This document shows positions 1 through 9,388 of a stretch of 64,000 nt of DNA, in pieces. This stretch comes from Acutalibacteraceae bacterium. Its GTDB lineage: Bacteria > Bacillota > Clostridia > Oscillospirales > Acutalibacteraceae. Made by a program: the position numbers and the translations under genes. Below the pieces are notes generated by a model. That model worked only from the letters and a program-made list of their open reading frames with translations, did not search any database and had not been told where the DNA came from. The stretch lies in NCBI GenBank assembly GCA_045639705.1, contig JAZUDP010000159.1, positions 335 through 64,334 of the forward strand. Reading direction: 5' to 3'. The stretch's first letter is position 1; each line of letters begins with the position of its first letter.

Positions 1-414
1 AAATATCATAAATGAATACCCGATAAGGCTTCCGTTGGAAACAGAATTGGTAATAAACATCAGCAGAACCGAGATTACTGCAAATATCAGATTCGAAAGA
101 GGGCCTGCAAGCGCAATAAGTGCCATGGCAAGCTTCTTATTCTGCATTCTTACATTTCTGACATTAACGGGAACGGGCTGAGCATAGCCGAAGCCGACAA
201 GCAGAATCATCAGCGCGCCTATCCAGTTGATGTGCGCCATGGGATTGATTGTCAGTCTGCCCGAAAGCTTTGCGGTCTCATCGCCCATTTTATAGGCAAC
301 AAGCGCATGAGCATATTCATGAATGGGGATAACACAGAAAACAACAAATGCGCTTACGCATAAGCCGATTACTATTTCGGTAATATTTCCGCCCCGTAAT
401 AAATCTAAAAGCAT
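1..414 (-). CDS. M50-family (site-2-protease-like) zinc metallopeptidase, 3'-truncated by window edge
   Basis: The minus-strand frame is open from the ATG at 414 to position 1: MLLDLLRGGNITEIVIGLCVSAFVVFCVIPIHEYAHALVAYKMGDETAKLSGRLTINPMAHI... HExxH (HEYAH) follows a hydrophobic helix, which is the M50 signature. It is not in the ORF track because there is no stop codon in the window. Confidence 0.75.
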   Translation of the reverse strand, partial: MLLDLLRGGNITEIVIGLCVSAFVVFCVIPIHEYAHALVAYKMGDETAKLSGRLTINPMAHINWIGALMILLVGFGYAQPVPVNVRNVRMQNKKLAMALIALAGPLSNLIFAVISVLLMFITNSVSNGSLIGYSFMIF

Positions 415-423
415 AAATTCTCC

Positions 424-1311
424 TTATTTTACGGCTGTCACGACACGCGGGAAGCCGCTTAAATCATTAATAATATTTACTTTTGAACGTGAAAGGAAAA
501 ACATCTGCGAAATCTCGTCAGCCTGATCCTCGGCACATTCAACAGCCATTGCTCCGCCCCTTGGCAGTCTCTGCAGCCAGTCCGAAGCAAGCACACGGTA
601 AAAATCGTAACCGTCCCTGCCGCCGTCAAGCGCTGACGCAGGCTCGCGTCTTACCTCCTGCTGAAGATACGGAATATCGTCCGAGCGGATGTAAGGCGGA
701 TTTGAGAGAATCAGATCTGGTCTGACATCCTTTAAAAGCGAGCTGTCAAAAATGTCACCTTTAACAGGCGTCACATTTTCCGCGCTGTTATGAGCGATAT
801 TCTTTTCAAGATAACCGAAGGCCGCATCAAATTTTTCGACAGCGTAAACCCTTGAGCTTTTAACAGCCTTCGCAACGCTTATCGCAATGCATCCGCTGCC
901 CGAACATAGATCGAAAACAACCGGGTTTTCTTTGTCTTTAAGAAAATCCTTTGCGAAATCCACAAGCAGCTCTGTTTCGGGACGCGGAATAAGCACGCCC
1001 TCACCGACAAAGAACTCGCCGTCCATGAACTCCCATCTGCCGAGAATATACTGCAGCGGTTCGCCTGTTGCACGCCGGCGTATAAGGCTCATATAGTCGC
1101 TGAAAAGCTTCGTGTCGACATTTTCAGAGCGTCTGAGCATAAACTGAGTTGTGTCAATGCCGAGGAGAAACTCCATCAGACACCTCGCGTCAAAGCCCGC
1201 GTTTTCTCTGCCTGCGTCCTCAAGCATATCCGCACCCTCGCGGCATAGCATGTCAAGAGTTTTATTCGTCTGAATTTTCTTCTGTTCCTTCTTCTGAAAT
1301 ATCTTCATCAT
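424..1311 (-). CDS. prmC: Peptide chain release factor N5-glutamine methyltransferase
   Basis: 295 aa with the NPPY motif (LSNPPYI) and SAM-binding DLCSGSGCI. It follows a DUF1385 gene, as is typical in Firmicutes. The start is ambiguous: ATG 1311 overlaps the upstream gene by 50 nt, and ATG 1251 is an alternative. Confidence 0.9.
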   Translation of the reverse strand: MMKIFQKKEQKKIQTNKTLDMLCREGADMLEDAGRENAGFDARCLMEFLLGIDTTQFMLRRSENVDTKLFSDYMSLIRRRATGEPLQYILGRWEFMDGEFFVGEGVLIPRPETELLVDFAKDFLKDKENPVVFDLCSGSGCIAISVAKAVKSSRVYAVEKFDAAFGYLEKNIAHNSAENVTPVKGDIFDSSLLKDVRPDLILSNPPYIRSDDIPYLQQEVRREPASALDGGRDGYDFYRVLASDWLQRLPRGGAMAVECAEDQADEISQMFFLSRSKVNIINDLSGFPRVVTAVK

Positions 1312-2278
1312 CTTTATCGTTTATATTCTCCTTCTCAAGTCCGAGAGAGACCTTAAGTGAAGCGATTCCGACCTCGATGATATCGTCCGTCGGTTCTTTG
1401 GTTGTTATTCTCTGCATCCATAAGCCGGGTGCGGAGGAAATGCGTGAGAACGCGTTATCATGTCTGCCCGCGTATCTGATAAGCTCATATCCTACGCTCA
1501 TTATAAGAGGAAGAAGCAGGATTTTTACAAGCATCCATACCATCTTGTATTTTCTTACACCGGGAAAGATTACAACTATTATTGTGGAAATAAGAATGCT
1601 TAATACAAGCGTAAGGAAAATAAAGCTTGTTCCGCAGCGCGGATGAAAACGCGACTGCTTCTTAACATTCTCAACAGTAAGCTCAAGTCCGTTTTCGTAG
1701 CAGAAAATAGATTTATGCTCTGCGCCGTGATACATGAAAAGGCGCTTGATGTCCTTCATAAGAGAGCAGAGATACATATACGCAATAAAAATGATTATTC
1801 TCATTACGCCCTCAATAGCCGGCTTCCATGTGGTGTTTTCGCCCTTGCCGAGAATAAGGTCGGCGATAAGCGAAGGCAGGTACATAAAAAGAAGGAAACC
1901 GATTGCAAAAGCAATTACCGCGGAAATAATTCCGATTACCGTCATCATTGTCGGTCCGAAATGGTCTGTAAGCCAGCGGTCGAGCTTGGACATATCCTCG
2001 GGATTGCCGTCATCCTCAATTGCCGCGGTCTTTTCGGCTGACTCCATAAGGCATTTGTAGCCCCATATCATCTGCTCGACAAAATTTATCGGTCCGCGGA
2101 TAAATGGAATCCGCGCAATTTTATATTTATCCTTTAAAAGCTTCTGATGCTTAAGCTGTGTTTCTATTTTACCGTCGGGCAGTCTTAATGCCATTGCCAC
2201 GCCCTCGGGGCCGTTCATCATAACGCCCTCCATAAGTGCCTGACCGCCGACGCTGATTTTAGGTTTGTTATCAGCCAT
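1262..2278 (-). CDS. DUF1385-family membrane protein
   Basis: The N-terminus MADNKPKISVGGQALMEGVMMNGP... plus multiple TM helices match DUF1385, which is usually encoded next to prmC. I chose the start at ATG 2278; the ORF-track extension to 2461 runs through the 3' end of the kinase gene. The C-terminal tail is acidic. Confidence 0.85.
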   Translation of the reverse strand: MADNKPKISVGGQALMEGVMMNGPEGVAMALRLPDGKIETQLKHQKLLKDKYKIARIPFIRGPINFVEQMIWGYKCLMESAEKTAAIEDDGNPEDMSKLDRWLTDHFGPTMMTVIGIISAVIAFAIGFLLFMYLPSLIADLILGKGENTTWKPAIEGVMRIIIFIAYMYLCSLMKDIKRLFMYHGAEHKSIFCYENGLELTVENVKKQSRFHPRCGTSFIFLTLVLSILISTIIVVIFPGVRKYKMVWMLVKILLLPLIMSVGYELIRYAGRHDNAFSRISSAPGLWMQRITTKEPTDDIIEVGIASLKVSLGLEKENINDKDDEDISEEGTEENSDE

Positions 2279-3782
2279 TTTCATTTTCCTCCATAGCCTT
2301 TTTCTCATTTTCTTTGGCAATTGCCGCGTCAATGTCCCATACATCCTCAAGCTCAACATGGTCAATATCAAAACAGATAGTAACCGTTGTACCCTGACCC
2401 AGGACGGAATCAATGTCAAACGTTCCGTTGTGCAGACGAATAATCTCATCAACAACAGCAAGACCTATTCCCGAGCCGCGGACTGTCATATTTGTCTTGT
2501 AGAATTTTTCCTTAACGTGCGGCAGGTCCTCCTCGGAAATTCCGCAGCCCGTATCGGAAATTGTTATTTTGATTTTGTCGTCTTTAATTTCGGCAACAGT
2601 GTTGATTCTGCCGCCCTGCTTTGTATATTTCAGCGCATTGTCAAGAATGTTAACAAATACCTGCTTGATTCTGTCGGAGTCACCGTCCATCGGAGCAGGA
2701 AGATTGGGAGCGTTATAAACAAGCTCAATACCCTCTCTCATGGAACGGTCCTTGAAAGCAAACACAGTTTCGTCAAGCTCCGCGAGTATATCCATCTTTT
2801 CAATTTTAAGATTGATTTTTCCGCTCTGCATTCTTGAAAAATCAAGCAGCTCCTCAACAATACCGTTCAGACGCGAGGATTCGCTGATAATAACGCCCAT
2901 TCCCCTTTTGGTAAGCGCAGGGTCGGTATCGCCTATCTGAAGCAGCGTTTCGCCCCAGCCCTTGATTGCCGTCAGCGGAGTGCGGAGTTCATGTGAAACA
3001 GTGGAAATAAAATCATTTCGGATTTTGTCGGAAACCTTGAGCTTTTTCGCCATGTTGTTGATTGTATCACACAGCTCGCCAACCTCATCCTTATATAGAT
3101 AGTGGTCAATTTTAGCGTCATAATTACCGTCCGCAATCATTTTTGCGGTTTCATTGATTTCCCTTATCGGCATGACGATGGAATTAATAAATATAACTCC
3201 GGAAATAAGAATGAGGAAAACAAGGAGGATAAAACCGGCGGTAATAATCAGATACCATGTATTAAGCTGAGCGTCAATTTCCTCCATTGAAATAATGTAC
3301 CTTATTGCACCGACAGCCTTTCCTTCGGAATCGGCAACAGCCTTTGTCAGCGAGGTAACATGCTCTCCCGAGGAAAGCTCTCCGTCCCACCTTGTGAATT
3401 TTGTTGTATCGGCAACAGCGTTATTGAATTCCTCCATATAGCTTTTATCGTTTACCGTAAAACCGCTCGACGAAAGAATTACCTTTCCGAATCTGTCAAT
3501 AACCCAGACCTCAACAGAGGATTTATCACTGAAATCGGAAATATAAGCTCTCGCTCCCGCCTCAAAGCTTTTTTCGTTTACCGTGTAGCTTTCGAAATAG
3601 GTATCGACAATACTGTTGGAATACGAGCTGATTTTTCTCTCAACCGACGAATAATAATAATTGCGTATAAGAAATCCGACAGCGATGCAGACAATAAGCA
3701 AAACAGCAATTATGATTGTCGCCGTCTGAATAAACCAGCGCTTTGTCAGACCGACAATGTATTTTTTTCTGCTGTCTGCCAC
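2271..3782 (-). CDS. Sensor histidine kinase, WalK/VicK-like architecture (TM, ~150-aa extracytoplasmic domain, TM, HAMP, HisKA, HATPase; no cytoplasmic PAS)
   Basis: H-box SHELRTPLTAI. N/G boxes ILDNALKYT and DTGCGI...GSGIGLAVV. HAMP (EVGELCDTINNMAKKL) sits directly before HisKA. GTG start with a GGAGGTG Shine-Dalgarno. Confidence 0.9.
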   Translation of the reverse strand: MADSRKKYIVGLTKRWFIQTATIIIAVLLIVCIAVGFLIRNYYYSSVERKISSYSNSIVDTYFESYTVNEKSFEAGARAYISDFSDKSSVEVWVIDRFGKVILSSSGFTVNDKSYMEEFNNAVADTTKFTRWDGELSSGEHVTSLTKAVADSEGKAVGAIRYIISMEEIDAQLNTWYLIITAGFILLVFLILISGVIFINSIVMPIREINETAKMIADGNYDAKIDHYLYKDEVGELCDTINNMAKKLKVSDKIRNDFISTVSHELRTPLTAIKGWGETLLQIGDTDPALTKRGMGVIISESSRLNGIVEELLDFSRMQSGKINLKIEKMDILAELDETVFAFKDRSMREGIELVYNAPNLPAPMDGDSDRIKQVFVNILDNALKYTKQGGRINTVAEIKDDKIKITISDTGCGISEEDLPHVKEKFYKTNMTVRGSGIGLAVVDEIIRLHNGTFDIDSVLGQGTTVTICFDIDHVELEDVWDIDAAIAKENEKKAMEENENG

Positions 3783-3830
3783 TGTTCACACCTCCTGTGT
3801 TAATACTGTGAGATAACGCCTGATAAACGC

Positions 3831-4538
3831 TTAAATCCATTTATAGCCAAGACCCCATACCGTAAGAAGATTCTTGGGATTTGACGGGTCCGCCTCAATT
3901 TTCTTTCTGACTCTTCTGATATTTACATCAACAATTTTTTCCTCGCCGTAATAATCGTTTCCCCATACATGATTAAGAATATCGGTACGGCTCAGAGCGA
4001 TACCCTGATTTCTGAAAAAGAATTCAAGAATCTGAAATTCAACCTGAGTAATGTCTATGTATTCGCCTTTCTTGGTAAGAGAATGACTCTTGCAGTCAAG
4101 CTTGAAATCACCCGAAACAATAACATTTTCACCGCTGTCCGTACTGTTAACGCCTGCCGCCGCGGAGACTCTTCTTGCAAGAGCGTCAACTCTTGCGGTA
4201 AATTCAGACGGTGAAAAAGGCTTGGTAACATAATCGTCGGCACCGAGAAGAAGTCCCGAAACCTTATCCATTTCCTGAGTTTTTGCCGTAAGCATCATAA
4301 TTCCGATATTGCTGCTTAAGCCGCGAAGCTTTTTGCAAAGCTCAAAGCCGTCCATTCTCGGCATCATAACATCAAGAACCGCAATCGAAATTTTACCTTC
4401 CTCCTGAAGATATTTTTCATAAGCGTCCTGTCCGTCAACAGCTTCAACAACGTCATAACCCGCTCTGATAAGATTTATAACGATAAACTCTCTGATAGTT
4501 GCTTCATCTTCCGCAACAAGAACTTTAATTTTATTCAT
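3831..4538 (-). CDS. OmpR/PhoB-family response regulator (WalR-like)
   Basis: The receiver domain reads VLVAEDE...LDVMMPRMDG...TAK. The winged-helix C-terminus reads RTDILNHVWG...VDVNIRRVRKKIE...TVWGLGYKW. Confidence 0.92.
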   Translation of the reverse strand: MNKIKVLVAEDEATIREFIVINLIRAGYDVVEAVDGQDAYEKYLQEEGKISIAVLDVMMPRMDGFELCKKLRGLSSNIGIMMLTAKTQEMDKVSGLLLGADDYVTKPFSPSEFTARVDALARRVSAAAGVNSTDSGENVIVSGDFKLDCKSHSLTKKGEYIDITQVEFQILEFFFRNQGIALSRTDILNHVWGNDYYGEEKIVDVNIRRVRKKIEADPSNPKNLLTVWGLGYKWI

Positions 4539-4540
4539 AA

Positions 4541-5905
4541 TTAATCACCAAAATCCTTCAAAACAAAATCTTTCTCAAACAATCTGTCCTTCACGCCAAA
4601 ACTGTAGCCTGCGTCTGTAATGCGGTAAACAAAATTGGTATCAACAGATGTTCCGAGGCTCTTATAATCTGCGTATTCCTTTTTCTTCTGAGCGTCGGAA
4701 TTGCCGTAGCTGTAAATGCTGAACAGCAGGTCACCCGTTTTCTTTGAGCTGCTTATCCAACGGTAAGCGTCAACCTGTCCGTCAGACTCCTTTACAAGAA
4801 TCCGCTCAACCCAGCTGCTCGGAATTTTGAGAATATATCCTGCCTTATCGTTTACAATAGAGTACTGAACATCGTTAAGCGTTCCGCTTCTGTACTTTGT
4901 CCATTTTATAAAGCTCATTATTTTTGTGTTTTCATTTTCATCCGTACTGTCCTCGGCAAAGGAGCTGCCTTTCACGCTGACGGGTATTTCAAGCTGACCG
5001 TCGGAATCAATGTCAAATGAAGTAATATTAATATTTCTCCATGTGGATTTTGTAGTCTGAGACTCGACATCAAACAAAGGAGAAACAAGCTGGTTGTCGC
5101 TTCTCCTGTCATTCCAGTAAAGAAGCTCGGTAATAGATTCCTTTTCGCCCTTTGAAGCCTCGACAAAAATATAATTAATATCGTTAATCTTTTCGGAAAC
5201 AGCGGATATATAACCCGAAACGTTTCCGTCCGTGCGTGCTTCGCTGAGTATATCAAGCGTTGAGGTATTGCTGTTGTAATTATAAACTCTTGCGTATCCC
5301 GTCAGCATCTCGGGAACGGAGGAATCGACGGTCATTGTAAAAATATTATCGGTTCCGTCACCGTTTACATCAAGAAGCGTCAGATAATTATACGGATATG
5401 AATTAAGCGGCACAAGCTCATCGTCGGAAATAACATAGGTAACAAAGGCCTTGTTTGTTTTGCCGGACAGAAGATTCCAGCCGACGATTATTTCAAAGGT
5501 TTTATCCATGTTTATGTCCGAAAACATTACGGTATTAACCGAGCTGCCGACTCCGTCCGCACAGCACACGGGCGTCCATGATTTATCCTCATATCTGAAA
5601 TAATACAGCTTGGCAGCCTCGGGCTTGTTTTTCAGAGCATAAAAAACAACTGCGTCCTCGTCGCCGTCGGAATCAAAATCAAAGGTAAGAAACGCTGATT
5701 TGTATTCACCGTACTCGGGTGTGCAGAGAATATAATCCTCGGTAACAGCCTTTTCAAATGCCTCCTGAAGTCCCTGATATTTTCCCACTGCCTTCGGCGG
5801 ACGCAAAAGCAGATCAAAGCTTGAAAAACGGAAGGAACAGCCGGACATGGAAACAAGAAGAGAAAGCGCAAGAAAAAGCGCAGTAAATCTTTTTAAATGT
5901 TTCAT
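4541..5905 (-). CDS. Lipoprotein with Asp-rich FG-GAP/VCBS-like calcium-binding-type repeats
   Basis: Signal peptide with lipobox LLVSMSGC. Repeated motifs are FDFDSDGDEDAV, LDVNGDGTDNIF and FDIDSDGQLEI. A strong Shine-Dalgarno (AAAGGAGGG) is present. The stop lies 3 nt before the response-regulator start. Confidence 0.7.
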   Translation of the reverse strand: MKHLKRFTALFLALSLLVSMSGCSFRFSSFDLLLRPPKAVGKYQGLQEAFEKAVTEDYILCTPEYGEYKSAFLTFDFDSDGDEDAVVFYALKNKPEAAKLYYFRYEDKSWTPVCCADGVGSSVNTVMFSDINMDKTFEIIVGWNLLSGKTNKAFVTYVISDDELVPLNSYPYNYLTLLDVNGDGTDNIFTMTVDSSVPEMLTGYARVYNYNSNTSTLDILSEARTDGNVSGYISAVSEKINDINYIFVEASKGEKESITELLYWNDRRSDNQLVSPLFDVESQTTKSTWRNINITSFDIDSDGQLEIPVSVKGSSFAEDSTDENENTKIMSFIKWTKYRSGTLNDVQYSIVNDKAGYILKIPSSWVERILVKESDGQVDAYRWISSSKKTGDLLFSIYSYGNSDAQKKKEYADYKSLGTSVDTNFVYRITDAGYSFGVKDRLFEKDFVLKDFGD

Positions 5906-5965
5906 TTCCGTCCCTCCTTTTTTTCATTTGAACACAATAAGGCAATATAAAATATTATTCAGTGT

Positions 5966-5995
5966 ATTATAGCACAAACAAAGATATTATTACAA
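5966..5995 (-). promoter_or_regulatory. Putative sigma-A promoter of the lipoprotein-RR-HK operon
   Basis: On the minus strand: TTGTAA, 18 nt, then an extended -10 TGcTATAAT. Confidence 0.4.
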
Positions 5996-6035
5996 TATGA
6001 TTTGTAAAAAATTATTACTTTATTAATATTTTATC

Positions 6036-6070
6036 AAAAAAACAAGAGGCGCCCCAAAAGCCCCTCTTGT
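6036..6070 (-). terminator. Intrinsic terminator downstream of cdaR
   Basis: The minus strand reads ACAAGAGGGGCTTTTGGGGCGCCTCTTGT followed by TTTTTTT. Confidence 0.6.
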
Positions 6071-6086
6071 CGTATATTTAAAAATA

Positions 6087-7406
6087 CTAACGTGATGAAA
6101 TACGGATAAAATACTCACCGTATACCCAGCAGCTGCTGTTGTTTTTTATTTTAACCGTAACCGGAACCTCCTGCGGAGTCTTGCTTAAGGTTATTCCGTC
6201 AAGATTAACGGCTGCCTCCAGATCGGCTGCCTTGATTTTCGAAAGCTGATTCTTCGCGCCGACAACAGTAATCTTTTTAAGTGAAGACGCGTCGTAGCTG
6301 TAGCTTTTTCCGTCAGAGAATGTAATTGCGTTCTTCGGAAGAGCGATCTGAGTGCTTTCAAGTCCCGAGGTATCAACCGTAACCGTAAAGGAATTCAGAG
6401 AGCCGCTGTACTTTATCTCTCCGTCAACAGTTTTGTTTTCGCTTATATATCTTGACATATCATCAGCATCGAATCTGAAAACATTGTCCGACGGAGAAAG
6501 CCTGTTGAAATCAACGGCACCGACGGAAATAGTCTGCGGAACGGCAACGCCGTCCTTGGACTGAAGCACTTTGAACGTAAGCTCGTCATAGTTCATTTTG
6601 TATTTCAGCGAATTTGCCACGGAATCCGAAGGCGCGTTAATAAAGTCAACGCCTGTATGAATCTGTTCATCCTTGTAAATACAAAGATGAGCGGGAACAA
6701 TATAATCACCGTTATCGGACGGAACAGCGTCCTGATATTCAACATATTTCACGTTCTCATCAAAATTAAGAACAGCGTCTACCGATGTGCTGACGGAAAG
6801 CGTCTTGTCAATATCAATATCAGCGTAGACCTTTTTGATTTTTTCAACCTCAGCCTTTGCTCCGCTGAGAGTAACCTCGGACTGACTCAGAATAATATCC
6901 TCGGCGTCAAAATACAGCTCATCCTCGGTTATTTTCTGAGGGCTGCTGACAATTCTCGGCTCAACGGGAACACTTACATCCGTAAGATACTTGTCAAAGT
7001 AAACCTCAATATAATCCGACGAAAGCGCGATTACACCGTAATCGGCGTTGCCGTCCTTCGGAACCGCCTTTATCTGAAGAGAGTATTTTCCCGCAGTATC
7101 AACATATGCGGTATCGGCAGACACCTCAAAATCGTCAGCGTCAAGAACACCGACAACATACCTCTTGCCCTCAACGGTAATATCAACCTTGAAATTATCC
7201 GCTCCGAAGCCGCGGAGACCGTATCTGCTCAAGGCGTTGCTGTTAAGATTAACGGCAACGGGAACATCTCTGATTGTCTCATCAACAATGGGTGAGAATT
7301 CAAGCGCAACAACAACCCAGAATATTATTGCAACAGCTATTGAAAATACAATAAGAAATTTCGTGTTGGAGAAAAGACCTCTGAGCTTTATAAACTGTTT
7401 ATTCAT
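6087..7406 (-). CDS. cdaR: YbbR-domain protein, CdaA regulator
   Basis: 439 aa with an N-terminal TM helix followed by repetitive beta-rich YbbR-like segments. Its start overlaps the cdaA stop by 4 nt, the canonical cdaA-cdaR arrangement. Confidence 0.8.
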   Translation of the reverse strand: MNKQFIKLRGLFSNTKFLIVFSIAVAIIFWVVVALEFSPIVDETIRDVPVAVNLNSNALSRYGLRGFGADNFKVDITVEGKRYVVGVLDADDFEVSADTAYVDTAGKYSLQIKAVPKDGNADYGVIALSSDYIEVYFDKYLTDVSVPVEPRIVSSPQKITEDELYFDAEDIILSQSEVTLSGAKAEVEKIKKVYADIDIDKTLSVSTSVDAVLNFDENVKYVEYQDAVPSDNGDYIVPAHLCIYKDEQIHTGVDFINAPSDSVANSLKYKMNYDELTFKVLQSKDGVAVPQTISVGAVDFNRLSPSDNVFRFDADDMSRYISENKTVDGEIKYSGSLNSFTVTVDTSGLESTQIALPKNAITFSDGKSYSYDASSLKKITVVGAKNQLSKIKAADLEAAVNLDGITLSKTPQEVPVTVKIKNNSSCWVYGEYFIRISSR

Positions 7407-8293
7407 TTCTTACTCTTCTCCTTAATTTTTGAAATAATCAAGGCGGGAAGCGACTTTTTGACCATGTCGTCCGTATCGGGAATAATGTAATCCATAAGGC
7501 GTTCGATTAAAATACCGTCTGAAACATTTCTTTCAAGCTGACCTGCGCAGGCAACCGAAATTGAACCCGTTTCCTCCGAAACAACTACTGCAACCGCGTC
7601 GCTGTTTTCCGTTACGCCGATTGAGGCACGGTGTCTTGTGCCAAGCTCAGAGCTGATTCTGTCATCGGTAAGCGGAAGAATGCAGCCGGCCGCAAAAACC
7701 TTTCCGTCTCTTATAAGAACCGCACCGTCGTGGAGTGCGGAATTCGGGAAAAACAGCGAGCCTATAAGCTCCTTTGAAACTCTCGCCTCAACGGTTGTTC
7801 CCGTCTTTGCAACATCACCGAGGAGCGTATCGCGTTCAAAAACTATAAGCGCACCGATTTTTTTCTCGCTCATATCGTTGCAGGCCTTGCAGATTTCAAG
7901 AATCGCTCTTTTATTTCTTTCATAGAGCGCATCACCCTGCTGGGCTCCGAAGAAATTGAGGAAGCCGAGCTTACTGCGTCCCATCGATTCAAGCGCATGA
8001 CGGATTTCAGGCGAAAACAGTATGATAAGCACAAGGATGAAATCGCCGAGAATAGTCTTGAACAGATATGTGCTTGCCTGCATATGAAGCGCGCTGATAA
8101 CGGCAAAAATAATTCCGACAAGCACAAGGCCCTTAACAATCTGAATGCCTCTTGTTTGTCTGAGCATCTTGATTGCGTTGAAAATAAGAAAAGCAACAAG
8201 CGCAATGTCAAGCGCGTCTATTATATTGAAGGATTGGATTAACGCGAGAAGTCTGTCAAAAAACAGGCTCATGTTTTCAGCTAATTCTTTCAT
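7403..8293 (-). CDS. cdaA: Diadenylate cyclase (c-di-AMP synthase)
   Basis: Three N-terminal TM helices plus DAC-domain motifs: DGAVLIRDGKVFAAGCILPLT and LGTRHRASIG. Confidence 0.92.
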   Translation of the reverse strand: MKELAENMSLFFDRLLALIQSFNIIDALDIALVAFLIFNAIKMLRQTRGIQIVKGLVLVGIIFAVISALHMQASTYLFKTILGDFILVLIILFSPEIRHALESMGRSKLGFLNFFGAQQGDALYERNKRAILEICKACNDMSEKKIGALIVFERDTLLGDVAKTGTTVEARVSKELIGSLFFPNSALHDGAVLIRDGKVFAAGCILPLTDDRISSELGTRHRASIGVTENSDAVAVVVSEETGSISVACAGQLERNVSDGILIERLMDYIIPDTDDMVKKSLPALIISKIKEKSKK

Positions 8294-8318
8294 AAATAAA
8301 TCCAGCCTTTATGAATAA

Positions 8319-8792
8319 TCATTTATTATCTATCAGACATACGCAGTGTGCCGCCATGCCCTCGCCTGTACCCGTAAAGCCGAGTCCCTCCTCGGTCGTG
8401 GCTTTAACGCTGACAAAATCAACGGGAATTCCTGCTGCGAATGCAATATTCTCTCTCATTTTCGGTATAAACGGCTTCAGCTTCGGCTTCTGAGCAAGTA
8501 CTGTTGCATCAATATTGATAACCTTATAGCCGTTATCCGAAAGTCTGTCGGCAACAGCCTTTAAAAGCTTCAGGCTGTCCGCGTCCTTATATTTCGGGTC
8601 ATTGTCGGGGAACATGCAGCCTATATCGCCGAGAGCCGCCGCGCCGAGGAGTGAATCGCTTACCGCGTGAAGCAGAACATCGGCATCGGAATGACCGAGA
8701 AGCCCTTTTTCATATTCAATTTCCACTCCGCCGAGAATCAGCTTTCTGTCCGCGACAAGCCGGTGAACATCGTATCCGTGACCAATTCTCAT
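8319..8792 (-). CDS. ispF: 2-C-methyl-D-erythritol 2,4-cyclodiphosphate synthase
   Basis: [12 protein letters not shown]...[13 protein letters not shown]...LGDIG... are classical IspF motifs. 157 aa. Confidence 0.93.
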   Translation of the reverse strand: MRIGHGYDVHRLVADRKLILGGVEIEYEKGLLGHSDADVLLHAVSDSLLGAAALGDIGCMFPDNDPKYKDADSLKLLKAVADRLSDNGYKVINIDATVLAQKPKLKPFIPKMRENIAFAAGIPVDFVSVKATTEEGLGFTGTGEGMAAHCVCLIDNK

Positions 8793-9388
8793 AATTCCGC
8801 CTCCTGACTCTTTCTTACTGCCGTTTTATAATCTTCATAAGTCATAAAAATATTAATAAGCTCAAGCATGGCTTTAGTTGTCATTTTTTCGGGTAAATCG
8901 AGATATTTAAGAAATTTCTTTCTTTTATTTTTACTGTCCGCGCCCCCGCTCAAACCGTCAGAGTAAAGGTCTGTATTGGTAACAGCCTTTCTTTCTGTAT
9001 CCGGTACCTCTTCACAACCAATTCCCGCCTGCTTAAGCGCCGCTTCGATTATTTCCCTTGAAACACCTTCGACACCGAGCTTTCCTTCCTTTGAAGGGGT
9101 GTCCTTTCGTTTTTCCTTACCAAGTATATCGGGAATATATGCGTTGACTATGTATTTATTGTTAACAATGGATGAAATAAACGAACGTATTACAAATCCC
9201 GCCGAGTCGCTGTCGGTAAGAATCAGCAGTCCTTTTTCCTCGGCAAGCTGCCTTATAAGCTTCTGCTTTTCCTTATCCTTAAAGATTCCGAAGCCTTCGG
9301 TTTCGATAATTACGCCGTCAATAACCGAAGAAAGCTTGATTTTATCATATTTTCCCTCAACAATAACCGCTCTGTCAACTCTTATCAT
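8789..9388 (-). CDS. Toprim-domain protein (RNase M5-like / DUF4093-type)
   Basis: [12 protein letters not shown]...ETEGFGI...[14 protein letters not shown] is a Toprim signature. There are 4-nt overlaps with both neighbouring genes. Confidence 0.75.
   Translation of the reverse strand: MIRVDRAVIVEGKYDKIKLSSVIDGVIIETEGFGIFKDKEKQKLIRQLAEEKGLLILTDSDSAGFVIRSFISSIVNNKYIVNAYIPDILGKEKRKDTPSKEGKLGVEGVSREIIEAALKQAGIGCEEVPDTERKAVTNTDLYSDGLSGGADSKNKRKKFLKYLDLPEKMTTKAMLELINIFMTYEDYKTAVRKSQEAEL

Noticed and set aside
2279-2461. A 61-codon upstream extension of the DUF1385 gene.
   Set aside because: It overlaps the 3' end of the histidine kinase gene. The conserved DUF1385 N-terminus begins at MADNKPKISVGG (ATG 2278).
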